From positions 1 to 33,396 of the forward strand of contig JAWODM010000040.1 of assembly GCA_046483305.1 (NCBI GenBank): a stretch of 33,396 nucleotides of DNA, in the 5' to 3' direction. Both the position numbers and the translations under genes were made by a program. Source of the DNA: Candidatus Krumholzibacteriales bacterium. Its GTDB lineage: Bacteria > Krumholzibacteriota > Krumholzibacteriia > Krumholzibacteriales > WJIX01. Positions 17,366-25,764 of this stretch are shown one piece after another. Each line of letters begins with the position of its first letter. Position 1 is the first letter of the stretch. Below the pieces are notes generated by a model. That model searched no databases. It had not been told where the DNA came from and was given only the letters and a program-made list of their open reading frames with translations.

Positions 17366-18559
17366 ATGAACGAGTTTGTCAGCAAGCGGGCAAGGAGCAT
17401 AGAGCCCTCGGTTACTCTGAGTCTCAACACCAAGGCCAATGAACTTAAGGAAGCGGGCGAGGATGTTATCGGGCTGGCCGCCGGAGAGCCGGATTTCCAG
17501 ACCCCCGAAGTTATTAAGGAAGCCGCAATAGAGGCCATCAGGGCGGGGAATACCAGGTACACCCCAGCGGCGGGTATTTCGGAGCTGAGGCGCGAGATAG
17601 CGGCAGCCTACTCGAAGATAATCGGGGTTGATTACCTGCCTTCCGAGGTGATGGTATCCAACGGCGCCAAGCACTGCATCTTCAACGCCCTGTACGTTCT
17701 GACCGACCCCGGCGACGAGGTCGCCATATTTACCCCTTACTGGGTCAGTTACCCCGAGATGGTGAAGCTGGTCGGGGCCAGGCCCAGGATCGTTGAACTC
17801 GACCCGGCCAATGACTATAAACTGACCCTGGAGAGTCTGCAGAAGAACCTGGCCGGCACCGATACCAGGGTGATACTTTATAATTCCCCCAATAATCCGG
17901 CTGGGATAGTCTATGAAAGGGAAGAGATAGAAAAGGTGGGAAGATTTCTTATGGAGGAGGGGATCCTGCTTATCAGCGACGAGATATATGAATTTCTCAC
18001 CTACGGAGACTGCAGGCATTATTCCCCGGTGTCGATACTTCCGGAGCTGAAGGAGAGCACTGTGGTAATTACCGGGGTTTCTAAGAGTTATTCGATGACC
18101 GGCTGGAGAATTGGATTCGCCCTGGGAAACAGGGAAGTAATCTACCGGATGGGCGCGTATCAGGCCCATGCCACCGGCTGTCCCAACGCGATTTCTCAGA
18201 AGGCGGCGGTCACTGCTCTGCGCAAGGGTGAAGCGGACAGGGAGAAGATGAGAAAAGCGTTCGAGCGGAGAAAAGAGATGCTCAGCGGGAGGCTATCCGC
18301 AATCCCGTCCGTCAAATACCCGGAGCCGGACGGAGCTTTCTATTTCCTGGTGGATGTATCATCCCTCTACCGGAGCTGCGGAGTCGATTCCAGCACCGCT
18401 TTCTGCGACAAGCTGCTCGATGAAGCGGGGCTTCTGCTGATTCCCGGCGGGCCGTTCGGATGCGACAAAACGGTCAGGTTCTCCTTCGCGGTTAGCGAGG
18501 AGACTCTGGATGAAGCGATGAACAGGTTCGAGAAGTTCGTAAACCGGTACGCTGAATAG
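17366..18559 (+). CDS. aspC: PLP-dependent class I/II aminotransferase (aspartate aminotransferase-like)
   Basis: GEPDF, PYWVSY, NSPNNPAG, SDEIY, SKSYSMTGWRIG (PLP lysine), GAFY. RBS AAGGAGG. Confidence 0.88.
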   Translation: MNEFVSKRARSIEPSVTLSLNTKANELKEAGEDVIGLAAGEPDFQTPEVIKEAAIEAIRAGNTRYTPAAGISELRREIAAAYSKIIGVDYLPSEVMVSNGAKHCIFNALYVLTDPGDEVAIFTPYWVSYPEMVKLVGARPRIVELDPANDYKLTLESLQKNLAGTDTRVILYNSPNNPAGIVYEREEIEKVGRFLMEEGILLISDEIYEFLTYGDCRHYSPVSILPELKESTVVITGVSKSYSMTGWRIGFALGNREVIYRMGAYQAHATGCPNAISQKAAVTALRKGEADREKMRKAFERRKEMLSGRLSAIPSVKYPEPDGAFYFLVDVSSLYRSCGVDSSTAFCDKLLDEAGLLLIPGGPFGCDKTVRFSFAVSEETLDEAMNRFEKFVNRYAE

Positions 18560-18582
18560 TGACGCCGCCGCGCGGGTAAACT

Positions 18583-19962
18583 ATGAGTATTCGCTCCAGA
18601 TCAGTAATATCGCGGCTTAAACGCAGACTGAGGGGTATACCTGTTTATTCAGATCTTACCTTCAGGACCGCTTACGGCTTCGACGCTACCGGACTGAGGG
18701 GGACCTGCCGGGCGGTGGTATTCCCGGAGTCCAGGGAGCATCTGCGGGCGATTGCGGCCGAAAGCGCCTCCCTGGAGCTCAACATGGTTATCAGGGGGGC
18801 GGGGACGGGGTTCTCCGGAGGCTCGGTCCCGTCCGGGAACTCCATCGTGATATCAACCGAAAAGCTCAACCGCATATTGTCGTTCAATCCACTCAACGAG
18901 GAAGTCAAGGTGGAAGCGGGAGTGGTGAACGGCAGGCTGCAGCAGTTTCTGGAGGGGGAGGGTTTCTTCTATCCTCCCGACCCGGCAAGCTTCAGGGTTT
19001 CTACTATCGGAGGCAACATAGCCGAAAACGCCGGCGGGCCCAGGGCCTACCGCTACGGAGTTACCAGAAGGTATGTAAGGTCTCTGGAGTGGGTTCTGCC
19101 GGGAGGAGATATCGGCCGGTCGGGGGTCACCGGGGCGGGCGCCCTGATGGCCGGCTCCGAAGGAACTCTCGGGCTGATATATTCGGCAGTGCTGGGGGTG
19201 CTTCCCATTCCGGACTCCAGGATTACCTTTCTGCTGGAGGGTGGTAGCGACCGGCGGGCGATCGGGCTTTCCGCGGAGCTTCTGCGGCGGGGATTCAGGC
19301 CCAGTGTGCTGGAGTTCATCGATTCCAAGACCATCCAGTGCATCTCCGAATACCTGGAACTGGAAAATATTATCAGCGCCGGCGCCAGCCTTTTCTTCGA
19401 GGTAGAGGGTACGGGGATAGAAACATCGGAGCAGAAGGATATAATAAACAGTTTCTGCAGCGGCCGGGGTTTGAGACTGGTTACGGCGGAGAGCGGCAGA
19501 AACAGGGAACTGCTGTGGGAGCTCAGAAGATCCATCAGCCCCAGCCTGGCGAGGAGGGGGATTACAAAAGTGAACGAGGATATCGCGCTTCCACTGGGAA
19601 AGCTCTCAGAGGCGGCAGGCGTAATTCACCGGATGGCGGCCGAAAGGGAGCTGGATTGCTATATATTCGGCCACTGCGGGGACGGCAATCTCCATATTAA
19701 TATAATGACCGACCGCAGGCGGAAAGAGGAGATGAGGAGAGTGGAGGATTTTGTTAAAAGCCTGTTTTCTTACGTGGTGGAGGCGGGGGGGACCCTCAGC
19801 GGAGAACATGGGATCGGAATTACCAAGAGAAAGTATCTGGGCATGGCATTCAGCGCGGAAGAGCTTAAGATTCAGGAAGATATCAAGAGGGTGATGGACA
19901 GCTCGTCACGCCTCAATCCGGGAAAGTATTTTGACGGCATAACGGAAGGCGGACAGCGATGA
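18583..19962 (+). CDS. FAD-linked 2-hydroxyacid oxidase/dehydrogenase (GlcD-like)
   Basis: RGAGTGFSGG, PPDPAS, STIGGNIAENAGG, GSEGTLG, FGHCGDGNLH, LSGEHGIG, LNPGK. Confidence 0.88.
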   Translation: MSIRSRSVISRLKRRLRGIPVYSDLTFRTAYGFDATGLRGTCRAVVFPESREHLRAIAAESASLELNMVIRGAGTGFSGGSVPSGNSIVISTEKLNRILSFNPLNEEVKVEAGVVNGRLQQFLEGEGFFYPPDPASFRVSTIGGNIAENAGGPRAYRYGVTRRYVRSLEWVLPGGDIGRSGVTGAGALMAGSEGTLGLIYSAVLGVLPIPDSRITFLLEGGSDRRAIGLSAELLRRGFRPSVLEFIDSKTIQCISEYLELENIISAGASLFFEVEGTGIETSEQKDIINSFCSGRGLRLVTAESGRNRELLWELRRSISPSLARRGITKVNEDIALPLGKLSEAAGVIHRMAAERELDCYIFGHCGDGNLHINIMTDRRRKEEMRRVEDFVKSLFSYVVEAGGTLSGEHGIGITKRKYLGMAFSAEELKIQEDIKRVMDSSSRLNPGKYFDGITEGGQR

Positions 19963-20969
19963 AGGGTCATTTCATAGACCGGGTTGAGATAGAGGCTTCC
20001 GGGGGAAGGGGAGGGGACGGCTGCGTCAGTTTCAGGAGGGAGAAGCATGTCCCCAGAGGAGGCCCTGACGGAGGTAACGGGGGGAAGGGAGGGGATATAG
20101 TAATAAAGGTTAATCCTTCTCTGAGAACCCTGATAGACCTGAGGTACGGTAATATCCATTCAGCGGAAAACGGAAGGCACGGCAGCGGGAGCAGGAAGAC
20201 CGGTAGAAGCGGCAGGGATGAGATAATAGAAGTGCCGCCCGGCACGGTGGTGCAGGACCTGGATACCGGAGAGGTGCTGGCGGACCTGAAGGGAGAGGAT
20301 GACAGGGTGATCGCCTGCCGGGGAGGAGAGGGCGGAAGGGGGAACCATACCTTCAAGACAGCCACCGACAAGGCTCCCAGAAGAGCTACCCCTGGAGAGG
20401 AAGGAGAAACCAGGAAACTGCGGCTGGTAATGAAACTGATCGCCGATGCGGGGACGGTCGGTTTCCCCAATGCCGGGAAATCCACGCTTCTGAATGCGGT
20501 AAGCGGGGCCCGCCCCAAAATAGCCTCATATCCGTTCACCACTATCACACCCACCCTGGGGATAGTCAGGGTGGGAGAGTTCGCCTCTTTCTGCATGGTC
20601 GATATCCCCGGCCTGATTTCGGGGGCTCACCAGGGGAGGGGATTGGGGATACAGTTTCTTCAGCATATCGAGAGATGCCGGGTGCTCCTGTTTATAATTG
20701 ACGCCAGCAGGGAGGAAGAACCTGCGGAGATTTTCGAACGCCTGATGAACGAGCTTCGGCTCTACAGCGGGAAACTGCCGGAGAAACCGATTCTGATAGC
20801 TCTTAACAAGATTGATCTTCTGAAAGACAGCCCCGATACGGAAACTCTGGCAGAGAAGACCGGCAGGGAGGTTTTCCCAATATCAGCGGTTACCGGCGAA
20901 GGGGTACCGGAACTGATCAGAAGTCTCTACCAGGTCATTCAACAGAGCCGGCAGCCGGAGGAAAAGTGA
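19959..20969 (+). CDS. obgE: GTPase ObgE/CgtA
   Basis: FIDRV...GGDGCVSFRREKHVPRGGPDGG Obg fold, GFPNAGKST, PFTT, DIPG, NKID, ISA. No C-terminal OCT extension. Confidence 0.97.
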   Translation: MKGHFIDRVEIEASGGRGGDGCVSFRREKHVPRGGPDGGNGGKGGDIVIKVNPSLRTLIDLRYGNIHSAENGRHGSGSRKTGRSGRDEIIEVPPGTVVQDLDTGEVLADLKGEDDRVIACRGGEGGRGNHTFKTATDKAPRRATPGEEGETRKLRLVMKLIADAGTVGFPNAGKSTLLNAVSGARPKIASYPFTTITPTLGIVRVGEFASFCMVDIPGLISGAHQGRGLGIQFLQHIERCRVLLFIIDASREEEPAEIFERLMNELRLYSGKLPEKPILIALNKIDLLKDSPDTETLAEKTGREVFPISAVTGEGVPELIRSLYQVIQQSRQPEEK

Positions 20970-22152
20970 TATTCCCCATAAACAGCACAGCGCCGCTTAT
21001 CTCGTCCACTATCATCATGAAGAACGGCCGGTCGAATACAAGGTGAAAAGGTGGGGGCTCCTCCCTGGCAGAGGTAACCTTCATTCTCACCGAAGTAACC
21101 GCGGCGGCCTCGGTTCCCTCTTCGTTCACCTTGAGAAAGGTCTTATGAAGGACCTCTGATATGAATACGTTCTCTCCCTTGACCTCGCACATTCTGGAGA
21201 AGTCGGCATCCGGGCGTGAGAAGGCTTTTCCCATACCCAGCTTTCGCAGGGGCTCATTCAGAACCGATTTATACTCTATCTTCAGCCGGGGAAGCTCCAC
21301 AGTTCCCTCTCCTGGCCTGAAGCTGTTTCTGGTTTGATTCCAGCGTTCATAGGCGAAAGAGTCATTGAAACCGGAAAGGCCACAATCCCTGTCAGGCAGG
21401 AAGAGATAAACGCTCATCTCCCCTTCGCCGTAGGGAATTGCAACAGCCCGGAAGCTGTCCGCATCCAGGTATCTGAATTCATCACTCCGGCGCATCATGT
21501 CCACCCTGACCGGGTTGCCGGAAGCAGGATGAAAATCCTTAACGGAGGTCTTCTCCGGGTCGAATTCCTTCTGCCAGATACCCTTGAAGTAGACTGCGTT
21601 GATCAGAAAGGCGATGTCATCCGGAGAAATGGAATCGACAATCCTCTCTATCCTTTTGCCCGTGTTTTCTCTAACCCAGCTGTTTATGGCATCCGGGGTG
21701 GTTATGGGGTAGCACTCGGCGAAGAAATACTTCTCGGTATAATCTATGAAATCCTGTTTAAATCTTATCCCCTCCTTGAGCCATATGGAGTTGGCTACGG
21801 TGAGCGTGAGCTTTTCCTGCTCCGTGGTAAGGTCGCTGTACAGCCTGCTGGAACCCAGCCTGACAGTCTCTTCTCCGATTCCGGAAAGCCGGAGGGTTTC
21901 ATACATCTCCTCCCTGGTCTTTCCATCCGCGCCTCCGGCGGTCATGGCCAGGGCAAAGGAGATGCTTGCGGGCGATATGAATACGTTATCGCCGCCGGCT
22001 CTGGCCGCCTCCTCTTCGAAGATGTCAAACCCGAAACGGTTGTACTTCTCCGTGACCAGATCGCGGGCTTTCCCGGCATCATCCGAAGAAGCTCCCCCAC
22101 AGGAAAAAACAAAAATACAAGTGGCCAGTAAACTGAAGACTATGAATTTCAT
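20935..22152 (-). CDS. Serpin (serine protease inhibitor), predicted lipoprotein
   Basis: NVFISPASI, INSWV, LINAVYFKGIW, LPRLK, HKTFLKVNEEGTEAAA hinge, FDRPF, LFMG. Lipobox FVFS-C and RBS GGGGAGG. Confidence 0.95.
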   Translation of the reverse strand: MKFIVFSLLATCIFVFSCGGASSDDAGKARDLVTEKYNRFGFDIFEEEAARAGGDNVFISPASISFALAMTAGGADGKTREEMYETLRLSGIGEETVRLGSSRLYSDLTTEQEKLTLTVANSIWLKEGIRFKQDFIDYTEKYFFAECYPITTPDAINSWVRENTGKRIERIVDSISPDDIAFLINAVYFKGIWQKEFDPEKTSVKDFHPASGNPVRVDMMRRSDEFRYLDADSFRAVAIPYGEGEMSVYLFLPDRDCGLSGFNDSFAYERWNQTRNSFRPGEGTVELPRLKIEYKSVLNEPLRKLGMGKAFSRPDADFSRMCEVKGENVFISEVLHKTFLKVNEEGTEAAAVTSVRMKVTSAREEPPPFHLVFDRPFFMMIVDEISGAVLFMGNITFPPAAGSVE

Positions 22153-22316
22153 CTCTAACCTCCCCTTGAGGAATCAATTAAACAGAACCTGCGGGATTCT
22201 GAATTATCAAAACGCCGGGGCGTTACCCCGCATGTTTTTAATAGTATCCATATCAGCGGGGATCTGTCAATTTCAACCTGATGGAATTCAGTTTTAAAGA
22301 ATGTCGATAAAAATCA

Positions 22317-22346
22317 TGGACATGGCATTGGAGGGGCGGGTATAAT
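22317..22346 (+). promoter_or_regulatory. Putative sigma-70 promoter for the OMP gene
   Basis: TGGACA-N18-TATAAT, about 40 bp upstream of ATG 22386. Confidence 0.5.
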
Positions 22347-22385
22347 TTCCAAATACTATTTTTTTCCACAAAGGAGGTATACCGT

Positions 22386-22946
22386 ATGTTCAGAACCATC
22401 AGAGTCGCGGTTATCTGCCTCATATTTCTCTCCGCATTGTCAGCCGGGGCACTCTCAGCGGATGTGCGAACAAAGGAAATGACTGCCGGTTTCAAGGCGG
22501 GGCTGATCAACCCCGGTACATTCTGGGTCGGTGACTACGATTCAGATTCCGACCTGAGTTATCATATCGGGGGATTCATGGATTACAAGCTGGGACCCAG
22601 GATTTCCGGAGGCCTGGTCCTTAACTTCAGCAACTTCAGCTACCGCGATGATTCATCCAACATGCTGGAACTCGGCTTCATGATAAAGGCCTGGCTGTTC
22701 AGCGAGGAAAGCAACCTTACCTTTACTCCCGGTTTCGGTATCAGTTACGGGCACCTTGGAGACAACGGCTACGTTGACGCTTCCGATTTTTTAATCATCA
22801 ACGGCCTGGTCGATATGATAATAGGAATGGAGACCTACGATCTTCTCCTGGAGCTGGGGATTACCGGCTCACCCACCGGAGGGAACGATGACTGGGATAT
22901 GAGCTACGGCCCCGGATTCTTCTTCAGGGGAGGGATGATTTTCTAG
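22386..22946 (+). CDS. Small outer-membrane beta-barrel protein
   Basis: Signal peptide ending ALSA, alternating aromatic/Gly beta-strands (AGFKAGLI, YHIGGFMDYKL, FTPGFGISY), C-terminal Phe (FFFRGGMIF). RBS AAAGGAGG. Confidence 0.8.
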   Translation: MFRTIRVAVICLIFLSALSAGALSADVRTKEMTAGFKAGLINPGTFWVGDYDSDSDLSYHIGGFMDYKLGPRISGGLVLNFSNFSYRDDSSNMLELGFMIKAWLFSEESNLTFTPGFGISYGHLGDNGYVDASDFLIINGLVDMIIGMETYDLLLELGITGSPTGGNDDWDMSYGPGFFFRGGMIF

Positions 22947-22976
22947 CAGCGTCATTGACCATGATACAGAACTTGC

Positions 22977-23005
22977 GGGCGCTCCTTCTCAGGGGCGCCT
23001 CTTTT
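22977..23005 (+). terminator. Rho-independent terminator after the OMP gene
   Basis: GGGCGCTCCT-[TCTC]-AGGGGCGCCT stem followed by CTTTT. Confidence 0.75.
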
Positions 23006-23070
23006 ATGGCTTTGGACATAGAATTATTATTGTATTTCCTCCGGTGCTGGCGGTAAATTATCTGCCACCT

Positions 23071-23111
23071 GCGGGGACGGCTCAGTCTTCCCGGTCCCGC
23101 TTTATTTTTTT
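23071..23111 (+). terminator. Second terminator-like hairpin upstream of the ammonia-lyase gene
   Basis: GCGGGGACGG...CCGGTCCCGC imperfect stem followed by TTTATTTTTTT. Confidence 0.55.
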
Positions 23112-23226
23112 GGGCTGAAAATAATGAGAGGATGTCCGATTTTTATAGACATGGCGGGTTAAATGCCATAAATATTACCTATAAGAATAAGAGAACTACT
23201 TTATCCATATCAGCTGGGAGGCAGAT

Positions 23227-24750
23227 TTGGCTATCGAGATAAAAGGTTCCGGACTGACCATTGAAAAACTGGTAAGAATAGCCCGGGACAACGAGAAGGT
23301 TACACTTCCCGAAGAGGCTGTCGAGAGAATAAAGAAATGCCGGGCAATGCTGGAAGAGAAGATAGAGGCCAGGGAGATCATGTACGGGGTCAATACCGGG
23401 ATCGGGGAATTCAGCGAGGTAGTGCTTGACGATGACCAGATCCGTGATTTCCAGAAATACCTGATCTATAATCATGCGGCCGGGATAGGGGATCCCGCCC
23501 CGATAGAGTACGTTCGCGGGGCCATGGCCAGCAGGGCCAATGTCCTGGCTCACGGTAACTCCGGCTGCAGGCCCGAGATAGCGCGGACTTTCGTGGAGAT
23601 GCTCAACAGGGGGGTTACCCCTTATGTATGCCAGAAGGGGTCGGTGGGGGCCTGCGGCGACCTGGCTCCGATGGCTCAGCTCGCCCTGGTGATGATGGGC
23701 GAAGGTCAGGCCTATTACAGGGGCAAGCTCTACAGCGGACAGGAAGCTTTCGATAAGGCGGGTATAGAAGTTCCCGGCCTGGAGGCCAGAGACGGTCTCG
23801 CTTCCATAAACGGCTCCAACCTCCTGACCGCCATGAGCGCGATCATGCTCTACGATACGGAGAGATGGCTGAAGCAGGCAGAGGTAGCCGCGGCGATGTC
23901 GCTGGAGGCGCTGAAGGCGAATATGGGGCCGTACACGCCGCTTCTTCATCAGATCAGGGGTTTTACCGGGGCGGTCAGGTGCGCCGGGCATCTTCAGAAG
24001 CTGATAGCCGGAGGAGACCTCAAGGAAGGGAAGATAAAGTGCAGGGTACAGGACGCCTACTCCATGCGTTCGACTCCGCAGGTAATCGGAGCGGCCTTCG
24101 ACGCGGTCAATTACGCAAAGAGCCAGGTGGAGATAGAGCTTAACGGGGTTGGCGACAACCCGGTATTCTTCCCCGACAGGAACCTGCAGATATCCGGCGC
24201 CAACTTCCAGGGAACTCCGGTCTCGCTTCCCATGGACATGATTGGGGCGGCTGTTACCATGGTCAGCGTGATGTCCGAGCGGAGGATGAACAGGCTGAAT
24301 AACCCGGCCCTGAGCGCGGGGCTGCCGTCGTTCCTTACCAGGGGGGCGGGGATGTTCTCCGGGCTGATGCTGAGCCAGTACACCGCGGATATGCAGATAG
24401 TGGAGCAGAGGATTCTCTCCATGCCGGCGTCTATTCAGTCGATCCCGGCTGCCGCCGACCAGGAGGACTTCGTATCGATGGGCATGAACACCGCCATCAA
24501 GAACTTCCAGATAATGGACAACGCCTATGGAATACTGGGAATAGAGTTCATGGCCGCGGCCCAGGCCCTGGATTTCCGCGAGTACAAATTCGGAGAAGGC
24601 GTCACCAGGGCGAAGGAAGTTATCAGGGAGCACGTAGAATTCCTGGATGTGGACAGGCCGCTTTATCCCGATCACACCGAGATGAAAGCTGTGGTAAAAT
24701 CCTGCAGGATTCTGGATGAGGTCCAGAAGGTAGTGGGAGAGCTGGAATAG
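23227..24750 (+). CDS. hutH: MIO-dependent aromatic amino acid ammonia-lyase (HutH-like; substrate uncertain, Ala-Cys-Gly triad)
   Basis: YGVNTG, HAAG, GNSGCR, GSVGACGDLAP, INGS, QDAYSMRSTPQV, DNP, SERR, QEDFVSMG. TTG start after GGGAGG. Family assignment is secure; histidine specificity is not. Confidence 0.8.
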   Translation: MAIEIKGSGLTIEKLVRIARDNEKVTLPEEAVERIKKCRAMLEEKIEAREIMYGVNTGIGEFSEVVLDDDQIRDFQKYLIYNHAAGIGDPAPIEYVRGAMASRANVLAHGNSGCRPEIARTFVEMLNRGVTPYVCQKGSVGACGDLAPMAQLALVMMGEGQAYYRGKLYSGQEAFDKAGIEVPGLEARDGLASINGSNLLTAMSAIMLYDTERWLKQAEVAAAMSLEALKANMGPYTPLLHQIRGFTGAVRCAGHLQKLIAGGDLKEGKIKCRVQDAYSMRSTPQVIGAAFDAVNYAKSQVEIELNGVGDNPVFFPDRNLQISGANFQGTPVSLPMDMIGAAVTMVSVMSERRMNRLNNPALSAGLPSFLTRGAGMFSGLMLSQYTADMQIVEQRILSMPASIQSIPAAADQEDFVSMGMNTAIKNFQIMDNAYGILGIEFMAAAQALDFREYKFGEGVTRAKEVIREHVEFLDVDRPLYPDHTEMKAVVKSCRILDEVQKVVGELE

Positions 24751-24790
24751 GAATATCAGGCCTGGCGCCTGGCCGCGGGAGGCTGAAAAC

Positions 24791-25630
24791 ATGAAAAACC
24801 TTCCCGAATTTCTGCTGGCCGCTCTGCTGGTTCTATTTCCCGGCTGCAATGACGAGGAAAAGCCGGTATCCGGAAACGGGAACAGCTCAGGCGGGATTGT
24901 GGTATACGGGGATACCAGGACCAACCACCAGGACCACAGGAATGTAGTGGCGGCGATAATGAGGATAGATCCGGAAGTGGTATTTCATACCGGAGACCTG
25001 GTGGATAACGGCCTGGAGCCGGAGCAGTGGGTGATATTCGACCGGATTACCGGAAAGATGCGCAGGGAGGCGGAGTTCTTTCCGGCCATAGGGAACCATG
25101 AGAGAAACTCAGATCTCTATTTCCAGTATTTCGAACTCCCCAATAATGAGAGATGGTACTCTGTTAAAAGAGATGGTATTCAGTTCCTGGTCCTGGACAG
25201 CTGTTCCGGGATAGAGATCGGATCCGGGCAGTACTTATGGCTCAAAGAGCAGCTCAGGAATTCATCGGCTCCCTACATTGCGGCGGTATTTCATCACCCG
25301 CCCTACAGCACCGGCCCCCACGAAGAGGACGAAATGAATCTCAGAGAGAGCGTCGTTCCCCTGCTTGAAGAATACGGGGTGGACGTTGTCTTCAACGGAC
25401 ACGACCATACCTACGAGAGGTCGGTCAGGGGCGGTATTCACTATATAGTGGCCGGAGGGGGAGGAGCTCCCCTATACGAGCGGGAAAGAGAGAGTGAATA
25501 CAGCCGCCTGTTCAGGAGCGTTCACCACTTCTGCCTGATCAGCGCGGGCGCGGACAGTATGGTGGTAACCGCCCGCGACACTCTGGGAGGAGTGTTCGAC
25601 AGGTTCGCGGTAGCAGCGGCAGACAAATAA
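24791..25630 (+). CDS. Calcineurin-like metallophosphoesterase (purple acid phosphatase-like), predicted lipoprotein
   Basis: YGD, TGDLV, GNHE, HHPPY and GHDH metal-ligand motifs. LFPG-C lipobox. Confidence 0.9.
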   Translation: MKNLPEFLLAALLVLFPGCNDEEKPVSGNGNSSGGIVVYGDTRTNHQDHRNVVAAIMRIDPEVVFHTGDLVDNGLEPEQWVIFDRITGKMRREAEFFPAIGNHERNSDLYFQYFELPNNERWYSVKRDGIQFLVLDSCSGIEIGSGQYLWLKEQLRNSSAPYIAAVFHHPPYSTGPHEEDEMNLRESVVPLLEEYGVDVVFNGHDHTYERSVRGGIHYIVAGGGGAPLYERERESEYSRLFRSVHHFCLISAGADSMVVTARDTLGGVFDRFAVAAADK

Positions 25631-25764
25631 AAAATATTCCTGTTGATCGAAAAGCTGATCGAATTGTAAAATATTCAGCGGATGTGAGAGTGCGGGGATG
25701 TGGACCATTCCCTTGTATTCAAAATGTAAATATTGGGTTATTTAAGACCGGAGGGAGGAATGGT

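Noticed and set aside
22323..22337. GG-N10-GC (TGGCATTGGAGGGGC) upstream of the OMP gene
   Set aside because: Lacks the TT before GC, and a sigma-70 TGGACA/TATAAT pair explains the region better.
23125..23242. Short upstream ORFs (MRGCPIFIDMAG; MSDFYRHGG...) as attenuator leader peptides
   Set aside because: No runs of His, Phe, Tyr or Trp codons, and they lie downstream of the terminator-like hairpin.
23179..24924. 581-aa minus-strand ORF
   Set aside because: Antisense shadow of the ammonia-lyase gene; no recognisable motifs, and explained by codon bias on the coding strand.
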